A stretch of 64,000 bases of DNA from Takakia lepidozioides (taxonomy: Eukaryota > Plantae > Bryophyta): the NCBI GenBank assembly GCA_030704615.1, contig CM060731.1, positions 46,686,001 to 46,750,000 of the forward strand, read 5' to 3'. A model generated the notes under the pieces. It had not been told where the DNA came from, did not search any database, and worked only from the letters and a program-made list of their open reading frames with translations. Below, piece after piece: positions 1 to 11,679 of this stretch; positions within the stretch are counted from its first letter, which is position 1; each line of letters opens with the position of its first letter. A program made the position numbers and the translations under genes.

Positions 1-235
1 TCACAAAAAATGTGCGTTAACTAGTTAATTGTAGGAACAATAAATTTAACTTGCTAGCTTAATATGTATCAATGTGCACGGGTTAGGTTGCTAAAGCTGT
101 TGACAATGCCTATCAATAACACACTCATGTGTTAATTATATTTCATAGAGGTCATAACAAAAGAGCTTATTATTAGTGGGCATATTTAGTTGGACCTCAT
201 TGTGTGTAGGTTTAATAGCAAAATTTTAAAACTTT

Positions 236-1350
236 TGGGGTAGTACAATAGATTGTTTAGGATGTTTGATTGAAAGTTTTTATAGGTTCTATACGCACTT
301 GCATTTTTTTTTTCATTGACATTTATGCTTATCATAAACCCTATACCGTAGAAGCTCATATCCATGTTTGAAGCTCATTGAAAAAAACCAAATTTTCTTG
401 CTTTGGGATACGGCAGATTGATTGGGATATTTGAATAATAGTTCCTATCAACATGTCATGAATAGTTACAAGAAGACAGAGCACACAAGCAATATCATCA
501 ATTTGTCTTCTGATCTCGATTAATACTCTAACAATTTTGAATATTTGGAAAGATGTCTCATGGTGTTGAAGCTTTTGGTATATTGAATCTGGTATCAATC
601 TGTCTGATGACTGCTGCTAGCTAGCCATGTTTATTGGATTCCAAACGAGTATGGCGGTAAAAAAGCAAGGTTGGTAAGTTTGTTGTAGCAAGAACTTTGT
701 CCATTACTAGGATAGTATACCCCAAAATCCTCATATCCATGTTTGAAGTTCATTACAAAAAACAACTTCTAGCACTGGCATATGATACAATCATAGTTGT
801 GACATTTAATTGAATGATTCTATAGGTCGTAAACACTCTTCCATAAATTTTAGTTCTTGTGGATTTTTTGCTTAGTACCCTAAACCCTTTTACCCCAAAA
901 ACCACGTTCTAATGTTTGAAGCTCATCTCGAGCTTTGGGGTAGAATAGAGTATATTCGAGTCACAGTTGAGATCCTCAATTGATTATTTTTATACTCTAT
1001 CCCAAATCTATTTTTCATCCAAGTAGCTTTTGAAGACCTAAACGAGGGTAGTATATCCTAAAACATAATCCAAATGTTTCAATCGTATCAATTAAATTTA
1101 GTTTTCAGCTTAGATGTAGGATATAACTTTGGGTAGTACAATAGATTGGTTGGGATATTGATTGAAAGTATTTGTAGGTTAAATACAAACTTGCATTTTT
1201 TTTTCATTGACATTAAATATGTTTATCATAAATCATATCAGTAGTAGCTTATATCCATGTTTGAAGCTCATTGAAAAAAAAACAATTCTTGCTTTTGGAT
1301 TACAATAGATGATTGGGATATTGATTGATAGTTCCTATCGACATGTGAAT
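236..1350. repeat. AT-rich degenerate dispersed/tandem repeat (probable non-autonomous TE remnant)
   Basis: Block ~236-470 recurs at ~1128-1350 (tttgggtagtacaatagattg...ttgcattttttttttcattgacatt...tatccatgtttgaagctcattgaaaaaaa). The sub-motif tatccatgtttgaag(c/t)tcat also occurs near 735 and 911. No credible ORF. Confidence 0.5.
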
Positions 1351-2329
1351 AATTCTTTGTCATCGACACTTTTTCTTGTTCTAAATCCTATACCTGCTTG
1401 CTAAGTGTCTGATTCAATAAAATTTCAATTTAATGATCAAACTTGTTAATATTGACGCTTTGACTCAAACTATAACATCAACCATGTTACAAATATAATG
1501 ATATCTCAATTGTATCAGGCTAGACCCCCTTGACAATTAAATTGACTATAACTAATATGTCATCCAATTTGTATAATGATAACTTCTTAAAAGTCTCCGC
1601 TACAATTTAAATCTCAATAATCAACAGTTTTTCAAGCCCTTTGATTTTGACATTTCTAAGTTAAATGATTGAATATGATTAGATATATTTGTTTTTAAAT
1701 ATTATTTATTGATTAATTCAATTTAATTCAATTTTGTCGTATATCAAGTTTGGTCCGGATTTAAGCGAAAAGTCCGGATTTAATTAAAATGGTGTTTTAA
1801 ATTGTCATCTCGATTTTGAGAAGTAGTTTAATAACACCATAATTGGTGTGGTTGGTCGATTTAGGAGATCAAGAGGCTGTCGCAATATCCCCCATCTGCT
1901 CCAGGGGCCTTCCTTCTCAGTTTTTGAATCCTGCATATCCACCATTTTTCCTCATCTACACCAGCAGCTATGGATGTTGGCACCCCTTGGCCTCCTCGTG
2001 TTCTGTCTACCACTGTTGTTTCTCATGCTTCTAGTCGACCATCCACGAGCCATCCACCCTGCAAGCAGGTTTTTCATTGCTATCAATCCACAGGGATTTG
2101 AAGGTAATCTTGTGCTTAAAATCCGGCCTTCACGGATGACAATCGATAGGAAACTCCCTCCCTTGGGCCTTACCATTAGTAAAGGGGAAATTCCCTCATT
2201 TACCATTAGACCCTTAACTCTAAATGTACGACACGTGTCCAAAATATAGCATGTACTCTTAATTATTTTAAAAGTTTTCTAATGCAAAAAACCACCACAT
2301 TGCATGTCTGTTTTTAATGCCAAGCAGTT

Positions 2330-2414
2330 TGTCGTGCGCATACATATCGCTACACAACTACATCGCTGTCCAAACCACACCACACATATATGCACAATAA
2401 AGTAGTCTGCCACA
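2330..2414 (-). repeat. Terminal repeat A, outer copy (85 bp, TG...CA)
   Basis: Near-identical (1 mismatch seen) to 2764-2848. Confidence 0.95.
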
Positions 2415-2415
2415 A

Positions 2416-2761
2416 TGATAAGAGCTTGAAGGACACACACTCCAACACAAGAAATATGAAATCCATCGCTATCACTCTTGAAATGAAGTCGAGCCAGGGG
2501 CACCCCAAGCTATGGGGACTCCACCCCACAACAACCTACATCTACATAAGCACACACTCAATCCTAAACCATGCAGGAGCTCGGTCGCGCAGGCTCAACT
2601 CGAGAGAGATGAGCCGCGACTGCCGCTCTCGTGAAGATAAGACGGACCAGGTGTCAAACTAAACTTGACACCTGATTTAACACTTGACCTAAATCCAAGT
2701 GTTAAATACAAATAACTAGTTTATTCTAGCTGTTTTCACACTGTGCTTATTTAACTTGACA
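2416..2761 (-). repeat. Terminal repeat B, 3' copy (~346 bp, TG...CA)
   Basis: Direct repeat of 13939-14294. Differences are mostly 1-nt indels. Confidence 0.95.
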
Positions 2762-2763
2762 GC

Positions 2764-2848
2764 TGTCGTGCGCATACATATCGCTACACAACTACATCGC
2801 TGTCCAAACCACACCACACATATATGCACAATAAAGTAGTCTACCACA
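2764..2848 (-). repeat. Terminal repeat A, inner copy adjacent to the PPT
   Basis: Direct repeat of 2330-2414, separated from repeat B by the dinucleotide GC. Confidence 0.95.
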
Positions 2849-2850
2849 AT

Positions 2851-2860
2851 CGCCCCCCTA
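2851..2860 (-). other. Polypurine tract (PPT)
   Basis: Minus strand reads TAGGGGGGCG-AT-TGTGG, a G-run 2 nt before the TG of repeat A. Confidence 0.8.
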
Positions 2861-3109
2861 GCTGGTGGATAGGTTCACCTTACCTTCCAGATGACTACAA
2901 GACTGTACATTGCCATAGCCGTACTACGTCCTCATCATTGTCCCGCTCGTACAAACTATATAGACCAAGAGGGCGGGTACAAGGACGTAGCCACACGTTA
3001 GTCGCCGTCTTGCAATCTGTGAACTTTGAAGCCAGCCTTCGGTATTCAAGGTATCCTGTAGCTGGGCCTTGCGTTGCTTGTTAGCCTTCCATGGTTGTAT
3101 CCACTCCCA

Positions 3110-3265
3110 CTATCCAATGCATTGTGGACATAACCATCCATCCGGAACCATCTCAAGAGGTGGAGTCAAGCATCCCATATGCCAACCTCTAGAGCACCGA
3201 TCACACACCAGCATGGTGGCTGCCCCTTTAGCAGACCACACAAACAGCACCTCCAAACCTGCAGA
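3110..3265 (-). CDS. PHD finger at the integrase C-terminus (frameshifted)
   Basis: MLVCDRCSRGWHMGCLTPPLEMVPDGWLCPQC matches the PHD consensus CD.C...(F/W)H..CL.PPL..VP.G.W.CP.C. Confidence 0.9.
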   Translation of the reverse strand, partial: SAGLEVLFVWSAKGAATMLVCDRCSRGWHMGCLTPPLEMVPDGWLCPQCIG

Positions 3266-4450
3266 TACCACTGCCAGGTTTGGGTCAATCCTGCCATCGA
3301 CATTCGGAAGGTGAAATGGCGCACAATTACGCACATGGTCCTTCCAAGTTATGCCATCCCGACCCTCCAAGACCAAGACGCTGAGGGCAAGACCTCTCGA
3401 ACCCTCAAAATAACACGTCCTGCAGTCACATCCAGGGTCGTAGGAGCAGTCTGCTGCAGATAGACATAGTCACCAGGGTTGAATCTCCGACCCCAGGACG
3501 ATAGCCCCACCACGTATGGTAGCATACCTCAACGTATCACGGTGTTGTGCAATGGCAAGGTTCTCGAAAGCCATGGGCATGACTCTTTGAACAACTCTGC
3601 ACGCTGCTCACATGCACGTGCCCACACGTCTGGATCGTCAAGGTTAAGAACTGTAGCAGCTTCTCTGCGAATGGATGTAGGCAAATCCGGCTCTCGGCCA
3701 AAGAGAAGAAAGTATGGTGAGAAGGAGGCAAGTGATGCTTGCTTGCTGAACCTGTAGCCCATGACTACCAGGGTAACTGAAGGTCCCAATCTCCTAGGTG
3801 TCCCTTCTGCAAGCCATACTTGCGCAAACCCCTTTTACTGTCTGAACAACTCTCTCTGCCAAGCCATCGGCCTCAGGATGATCCCGAGAAGTGGTGCGGT
3901 GGTCTATCAAGGCCTTGTCACACAAAGCCTGAAACTCCCCCAAGAACTCTCTCCCTTGGTCCGTGAGTACCTCAGCTGGAGAACCGAATCGCTAAGCACA
4001 CAATCCAAGAATGCATACGCAGCTCCCTCACTAGCCTTATCAGGCAATGGAACCAATTCAATCCACTTGGAGAAGTGCTCCACCATCACCAACACGTACT
4101 TGTTGTGGCGCATGGTCAGTGGCAACGGCCCTGCGAAGTCAAGACTCCACCTGTAGCCCAATCCCATGATCGGAAGAGGGTGCAATGGTGGAGTAGGGGC
4201 GTTGAATGAAGCACGCACCCTGTCACACACCATGCACAGCCACAAATTGTTGCACCTCTTGCACGACCACTTGCTGACTTGCCACCACGCCCTGCCACTA
4301 ACAATGCCCTTGCAGTAGAATAAGGAGCGTCGCACCACACAAATGCCCACCCAACTCCTCGTGGGCATGCCGCACTAACCGTGCCCGCTGTGTTGGGTGA
4401 GGCACAATCCTCACTCGACCATCCTCCCACACTCGGAGCAGGTGTGTCCC
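3266..4450 (-). pseudogene. pol: Gypsy DDE integrase (frameshifted)
   Basis: CMVC zinc pair, PLHPLPI, WSLDFAGPLP...KYVLVMVEHFSKWIELVPL, and GYRFSKQASLASFSPYFLLFGREP. Confidence 0.92.
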
Positions 4451-4799
4451 CTCCCACCTGAACCTCTTGGCTCGTTGTAGGATCCGATCCCTCTCCTGGA
4501 AGTCATAGTGGCTGCCGTGTCTCCACTGCGGAGGTAGTCCAACACAACTGAATCCTCATGTATATCTTTGGCGCCACCTGCTCATTGCTGGCCTCAGGGT
4601 CCTCAGACACTTGATCTACAGTCATCCCTGTTGTAGGTCCAACCTGGCCTTCCGCTGCCAAGATACACAGAAATGCAGATGCATGCCACGGGCACCATCT
4701 CCTCGTCCGTCTCACCATGCCCCGAGCTCCAGTGTCATCTGCTGGCTCGTGCATGGATTGCGACTCAACCCATCTGCATTTCGATTGACCAAACCCGGT

Positions 4800-6000
4800 C
4801 GATGCACCACCTGAAAGTCATACTCTTGAAGGATGAGCGCCCACCGTGCAAGCTTCCCCGTAAGCTTGTCTGACCATCAACCACTTGAGTGGTTGGTGAT
4901 CCGTGACAAGGGTGAAGAGATTGCCGTATAGATAGCACCTGAAGTGTGCCACGGCCCACACTGCAGCTAAGCATTCTCCCTCATATGAGCTATACTTAGA
5001 CTCTGCAGCATTGTTGAGCGGCTAGCATAAGCCACTACGAACTCTCTTCCTAATCATCCCACCTGTGTGAGCACCGCTCCAAGCCCCAGCATGCTCCAAT
5101 CTGTATGCAGCTGAAAAGGACGCCCCCTGATAGGTCGTCTCAAGATGGGCGCCGAGGTCACCTCGCCTTGAGCTCTTGAAAAGCTTGTTCTTGCTCATCT
5201 TCCCACTGCCACTCCTGGTCCACCTTGGTCAGCTTGGTTAGAGCCTTTGCAATGGCACTAAATCCCTTAACAAACCGTCTGTAATAGTTTGCTAACCCCA
5301 TGAAAGCTCGAACTCGGCTCACATCCGTGGGGCGTGGAACCTGTGCAATGGACTCTTACCTTAGTCTGCTGTACCCAATCCTCCAGGATATATCATGTGA
5401 CCCAGATACTCAATCTGGTTGTGGAAAAACTTGCACTTGCCGGATGTAACTTCAATCCGTGCGTCCTCAAGCGCTCAAATACCCCCTGAAGGTGTCTCTC
5501 ATGCTCCTCCACCGTAGCACTAAAGATGATGATGTCATCTATGTAGCACCGAGCAAAACTCCACCCCTGCTAGAATCCTGTCCATGACTCTTTGAACTCA
5601 GCGGGAGCATTTTAAGCCCAAATGGTAAGAACCGCCACTGGTATAGGCAATCCTTCCCGTGCTCATTGATCCCCCAGAATGCCGTCTTCTGCTTATCCGC
5701 CTCTTGATCGGCAACTGGTGATATCCGGATCGTAAATCCAACGTGCTAAAGACCTTGGAATGCCCAATGGCATCAAAGATCTCCTCTGGTGTTGGCATGG
5801 CATACCTATCGGACTTGGTCTGACGATTTACAGGCCGGTAATCACCGCACATACGTCTCTCCGTCCATTGCCATAGACATCCTTCTTAGCTGGCATCACT
5901 GGTGGCTGAAGCATACTCTCCACCAGAGAGCTCCACCAAACCTGCCTCCCAGAGATCTTGAGTCCTCATCTGAATCAAAGACCTCTCCATGTCACTGTAT
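4800..6000 (-). pseudogene. pol: Gypsy reverse transcriptase and RNase H (frameshifted)
   Basis: CGDYRPVNRQTKSDRYAMPTPEEIFD...FSTLDLRSGYHQ (5598-5852), CYIDDIII near 5525-5550, VRAFMGLANYYRRFV, and RNase H start PFQLHTDWS near 5100-5120. Confidence 0.93.
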
Positions 6001-6519
6001 CTATAGGGTTCCGAAAGATTGGCGTGTCAGTGGCCAACTCAATACGGATCTCTTGACCCTTCAGTGCTCACAAGTCCTTCAAACTGAAGGCAAAGCAATT
6101 CCTGTAAGCCCTCAGGAACCGCCGTATACGTCGTCTCTCTCCTCCGGTGACAATGGGTCCAATATCAGGCTCCCAATTGTCCTCCGTAACTGCAACCTTA
6201 AGTCCAGTGGGCTTAGAGGTAGAGGACGCGTCCCGTGGTTGCTATGCTGCAACCTCTTGAGCAGTACCCCCTTCCTGCTCAGTCAATGACAAGGCCTCAT
6301 CCTGCCCCATCATCTATCATTGAGAAACCTCCTCATCCATCACAGCTGCCTTCGCTGCCAACTCCCTCTGAACCTCGAGCACCTCCCACATGTGCCATGG
6401 ATGTCTACACCTCGTGGTCCTCACCGGCTCGCCCCCACTCGCTGCCTGTACCGTCTCGGTAGGCAGAGAGACCGTCAAGGGAAGTGCACTCCGCACTCTA
6501 CGTTGCTCAGCCATAGCCA

Positions 6520-7475
6520 AGCTGACAATCCAGGTCAAGCAATTGAGATCCATTGCTTGCCCCAACACCTGACGACGTGATGCCTCAGAAAGAGAAGGCA
6601 CCGCCGTGGTCCCAGTGGAAAACCCCATAGCCCGCTCTCGCTCGTCGGCCATTAGGCTCCACTAACTGCTGCAACTGAGCATCCCACAGGAGGCCAGGTC
6701 CACCATCCCGAAAAGCATGGGATCCTGGGAAGCTGAGCAGTGTGGTAATGCTGCTCGTGGTTGACCCACTCTGTTGACCACTGCCAAAGGCGAACGGTCA
6801 TCGTGTCTCACACGTTGAGACTGCCTTCCCGTGTCCAAAATGCCATCCACGGTGAGGTGTGCTGGCCGCTGCACCCCATCAAATGCACGCTTGAGCAGTG
6901 CAGGTGGCATCAAGTTAGTCCACCATAGTCGTGGACGATGAGCCCGTGACCCCACTGCAGCTGCATCCAGCAATACTGCTGACCCAAGCCACGACCGGAC
7001 TTGATGCACACTGGCCATCACCCTGGCCCCGAGAATCACCCATCAGTGGCACATTCTCAAAGATGTATGCCGGAGATACAGCCTGATGAAGCTGCAAGTG
7101 GCGTAAAATCCGCACCATCTCCCAAAACAGACCCGTCCTCGAGTCTCGCAATCCATTGCCATGCCCGGCTGATGAATGCCCTTGGCAGGGCCAACCTGCC
7201 ACTACCAGATCAATGGAGCCAACCCGCTCCAAATCCTGCGCCCCCAGCAACGCAATGTCTGCTGCAAGGCCTGCTGATATCCACGAATGCAGACACCGGC
7301 AACAACTCAGGGTGCTGCTGCACCATCTGAGCAACATGGCGCAGTGAGACGCGTCGTGCAGTCTCATCCCTCTCCACATACATGTAACGTCAAACTCGTA
7401 CACCTGCCTGCAGCACTGCAGCCAATCCAGTGCTGATCCCGCCAAATAAGTCCAGAAGGCATATGCCTTCATCCG
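6520..7475 (-). pseudogene. DNMT3-type C5 cytosine methyltransferase domain embedded in pol (one stop, several frameshifts)
   Basis: Motif I ICLLDLFGGISTGLAAVLQAG (~7405-7465), IV IDLVVAGWPCQGHS, VI YIFENV, VIII AHRPRLWWTNL, IX-X ERERAMGFSTGTT...SRRQVLGQAMDL. The motifs are in unpermuted I-X order. Confidence 0.92.
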
Positions 7476-7849
7476 GGTGCCACACAAGAGGTGTGGTGTC
7501 AATGGCGACAACTGAGGTGGCCCTGGTACAATCACCGCATCTCCTCCTCTCCTGACGGTACAAAAGCTTCTACCCAAGCTTGTTGCACCCGTCCATCAGC
7601 AGCGTACTGCAATCCTTGCTCGTACCCCACAACGGAGTGTGAGCAACCATGGCGGGCAACTCCGCCGTACCATGCATGTCAACCTGCTCTGCTGGAGGTG
7701 GCACATCCTCTGCATGGGCATTGCCTTCTAGCAACTCTCCAGGCCAGCTGACTGCAGCTGTGAAGGCGGCTAGTGTTGGCATCTTGCCCCGCTGAGCAGC
7801 TGCAATACCCCCAATGAATGTCACAGGGAGCTGTGCACGGCGACCATCC

Positions 7850-8200
7850 CCTGACTGCCATCCAGGCCTGTAGGATGCTGACTCCTCCCAGAAATCCAGG
7901 GTGAAGCCCATGGGGTATAACACTGCCCCACCAACGAGGACATCGTAGGAGACCGCGTCTGTCACAATGGCCTTGGCTCGCATCACTGAGCCATCTACAG
8001 GATGATCCGGCTGCAGTCTAATAGCCAACTGATGCCGTGTCATGCCCGAGCCTGCTCTGATCCTCCCAGAGATGTCTGTATCTGGAAAGGACAAGGCTCC
8101 ATATCCGCCTCCATGAGGCCCAAACCTGCAATAGCAGCTCTGCCCAACATCAGTGGCTGAGCTCCTGAGTCCAACAAGACCCGCAGTGGCCCGGTACTTC
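7850..8200 (-). pseudogene. pol: Retroelement aspartic protease (frameshifted)
   Basis: Catalytic RVLLDSGAQPL (~8150-8185, alternative frame) and C-terminal SYDVLVGGAVLYPMGFTLDF. Confidence 0.85.
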
Positions 8201-8554
8201 TTGCCTGCCGGTCCACTCAAAGTGAAAATGCCTCCCTGGTTGTCTAACAAGACAACTCCAGGTGTCACCATGGCGCGCTCAAAGGCTGGCCTAGCTGGCA
8301 GCTCCGTCAACCTGGCAGCTGCAGCTTGCCAGGGCGCAGCCGTGGCAGTCTTGACCCTCAAATCCGAGGATCCCTCTGCCACTACACCTTCCACTAACTC
8401 CGCAGAAGATGAAGTGACCTCCCCACTCTCACAGAGTGTTGCTGCTAGTCTGAACACTGCAGCTGGCCTCACCCCCGGCGTCGCAATCATGGTTGCCGAG
8501 AACAATGGGGGCTTGACACACAGAGGTGGCTGCCCCAAAAACACACCGGCTGCA

Positions 8555-10416
8555 CTAGCCTTGGTAGCAGGTGTCAGTGTTGCACGTGTAGCTCTCCCAA
8601 TGGCATAGTAACCCCGCCTCGGTAACAGTCGGGCGAGAACTAGGTGCCATGGATGGCGTTGACACTGTCTCCGCCAAGGTGAATGACTGAGGCAGCCTTG
8701 CCTGACGGCTTGCCTCCCCACGTTGTGGATCCAACTCCACCTCTGCACCTCGTGGCTCAGAAACTCGTGTTGCTCCTCGAGTCACGGCTGCAGCAGACTC
8801 CACCTGCTCTAATGGTAGTGCTGCTCCGCACATAAATCCCATTCCGCCCATATCTCCTCCCTCAGGAGCAGGAGGTGGGCCATCCCGCCTGGGAGCCGGT
8901 ACCGCCTGAGCTATAGCCATGGCAGCGAGCCTCTGCTCTAGCTGCTGAAGCCGATTGGCCATGCCTTGGTCAACACCCTGACCTCCGCGTCCTTGGCCAT
9001 GTGGAGGTTGCCCTTGGCCTGCACCTCGTGCCCGACCACCTCGTCCTCTTTGGGCTGGTCCACCTCGCCCCCGGCCACCATTGATCCCTTGGAACTGGCC
9101 TGGGCGCAACTCAGGATGCAAGTCATAACACTGGGCATCTCCATGCCCATACTTGCCACAATGCCCACACTGCAACTGTGCAGGTTGTGCTTGTGCCGGC
9201 CTTCTGCCACTCTCTGGGCAATCTCTCTTGACATGGGGTCCTCCACATGTCCAACATATCACCCCTGGTTGCTGTTGGCCTGCAAAAGATGCCACGGGCC
9301 TCTGCACCTGAGGTCCCCTGTAGGCTCCATGGAACTTGGGCTGGGCAACCTTGCCCCCCTGACCACGCTGCTGGGCAGTCCCTTGTGCTTGTGGGCTGAC
9401 AGCTGTGCCCCGTACAGGCATGTCCTTGCCAAATCCAATTGTAACAACTCGTTCCTCCACCATGTTGAGCTCAATCCGCTCAGCCAGCAGAAACACATCT
9501 GCTAATGTGGGTTGGGCTGCTTGTAACAGGGTTGCATCTCGCACCCTTCTCTTGAGCTCCTTGTCCAGAATTCCATACCAAAACTGGATTGCCTGAGCTT
9601 CAGTAACCCCTTGGGTCACACTTATCAAGCGCCTCATACGAGTGTACGCCTCTCGCAGGCTCTCACTGGGTTTGCGCTGGAAGTCTTGCAAACTTCGCAG
9701 CTTCTCTGTCCGTACACCTTGGTAGTTCCTCCGCAACTCCTGGAAGAACTCCACCACCGGGTTGAATCTAGGCACATGTGTTGTAGCTGTGGCAGGAGGA
9801 GTAGTAGCACCTTCTGAACTGGTACCACCGGCAGAAGTACCAGCACTACCTGCTCCACTACTAGTGCTGGCAGTGGGAGCTATTGGTACTGATGCAGCTA
9901 CTGGTCGCGTCATGCCTCGAGTAATGGAGATGTAGTCAGGTGACCAATACATCCTCCACTCCTCAATCTCTGCTTCATGTCCTCGCCTGAACTCGTGGTA
10001 ATCGTCCATAGGCGGGCCTTCCAAATGCTGGAACAGTCCCTTCCATGCCATGAATGGGGTGAATAGATGTGGATTGCGCATCTGCTGCAAATCACACCAG
10101 CTGTCGAACTCCTGGATAAAGTCATCCAACTCGATTGTGCCCACAGCTCCAGAGTACCTACGAGGCCCTTGGTAGCTCCATACATCTCCTCCATGTCGTC
10201 CCACAACAATGGCGAATGAAAGTGCACACCTGTTGATGAAGCCTCCGAGCCTGTGTCTGACTCTACAGTAATTGAGGGTGGCGGTGAAGGTGGTCTGAAC
10301 CGAATACCTCGTCTTGTGAACCCACTCTCACTGTTACTGCCTGTAGCCGTACTCCCCTCAAAACCCTTGGGTAACTCCGTAATGACACTCACAATGTGCA
10401 CCTCCTCCAGTGACAC
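8555..10416 (-). CDS. gag: Gag with two zinc knuckles (N-terminus in a shifted frame, 9910-10416)
   Basis: Retrotransposon gag motif LQDFQRKPSESLREAYTRMRRL and knuckles CWTCGGPHVKRDC and CGHCGKYGHGDAQC. Confidence 0.9.
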
Positions 10417-10929
10417 TATAAGGCTCTAGTACTAATCTAATAGTGACACGGGTGGGCACCTGTTGCAGTCTAAGGGTCATATCCCAGTGGCTCAGGGCAC
10501 CTGCACCTGCATCCACCGCAAGAACTCCTATGGTTGGCTGGTCATCAACCCAGCCTCACCATAGAAGAAACACTGGTGGTCTTGCTGGTCATCACTCCAG
10601 CCTCACCACCGACAGCATACTCTAGGATTGACCGGTGATCAAATCCGGCCTAATCCCTATGAAAGCAAGCGCCCACACAAAACCAACATGGCGCACAGTC
10701 AAGCATGCAGGTGTTGGGGGGGGATCCAAACACACGAAATCAAAACATCAACACCCCCACACCAAAATCCAGCAGCAACGCTGATCCTGCAGAATATCCC
10801 AGCCCAAGACCCCGGACTGACTGGCCTCCACCAAGAGAGGCTTTGGCAACTACAAGTACAAGGTAATGAAAATAGTACAGAGATGGAGGGGAAGAATAGA
10901 AGCCCGCCCAAGCAAGATCTAATCCTGAT

Positions 10930-11679
10930 CTATGCTATCAACTTCCAGACTTCTCTCAAAGTGCCTCGCTCTGCTTGATGGTAAGGTGTAGGAGGTATAT
11001 CTATGTCCAGAAACCTGCCACTAACCTTGTCCCAAGCTACAGTAGCTCGCTCTAACCAACCCTCCTCCTCTTTCTGCCAGGTAGAGACAAAGCAACACTC
11101 TGCTATCTCCCGCTCACTGAACACTAAAGAAAACAAAGGTAGGGTCTGATAGTCTCTCAACTCGAAAGCTTTGAGACGGTTGCGGGTGTCTTCATTGCGA
11201 ATGACTGGATCGCCTTCAAACAGAACAAACTTGTCCTCGCTAATGAACCCCCGCTCGTGGTTGCCTTGTGCAGAGCGTGTCCGACTGCAACACTGTCTAA
11301 TTGCACAAACTTGTGCAGCTCCTGCTCCTCTGCTCCAGTACACCACGGCCTTGTGGCTGAACACCTTGGTCCCCGGGGCTGTCTTTGGCTGTGTTCCAAG
11401 CCTAGCTTTCACCCACTTTGGTATTTCACTTACAGCTGCAGAACTGCTGGCTCCAACAGAGTTCTGACTGTCCAAGGCGATATTGAGGCCCTCAATGCCA
11501 ACTACAGCAGTCTGTTGTCTACTGCTAATGCCTGACTCCCAGTATGCAATCAACTCGTCCAACTGTTCTCCACTCAAATCAGTCTGAGTTCCTTGGGAAA
11601 CATAGATCCTGTCCCCTTGTGTGCACAGGCTAAGAGAAGAGACCTGCCCTTCAATTACGTCCTCATTTCCCCCAGCCAT
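10930..11679 (-). CDS. Extra 249-aa ORF of unknown function upstream of gag inside the retrotransposon
   Basis: Uninterrupted ATG-initiated ORF on the element's sense strand with globular-looking composition. No family recognised. Confidence 0.55.
   Translation of the reverse strand: MAGGNEDVIEGQVSSLSLCTQGDRIYVSQGTQTDLSGEQLDELIAYWESGISSRQQTAVVGIEGLNIALDSQNSVGASSSAAVSEIPKWVKARLGTQPKTAPGTKVFSHKAVVYWSRGAGAAQVCAIRQCCSRTRSAQGNHERGFISEDKFVLFEGDPVIRNEDTRNRLKAFELRDYQTLPLFSLVFSEREIAECCFVSTWQKEEEGWLERATVAWDKVSGRFLDIDIPPTPYHQAERGTLREVWKLIA

Noticed and set aside
2230-2283. Helitron 3' end (CTAA|T) truncating the transposase
   Set aside because: There is no convincing GC-rich hairpin at the expected distance and no identifiable 5' end.
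6520-7475. Host DRM or DNMT3 gene
   Set aside because: Motifs are unpermuted (not DRM), intronless, and embedded between PR and RT within TSD-bounded element ends.
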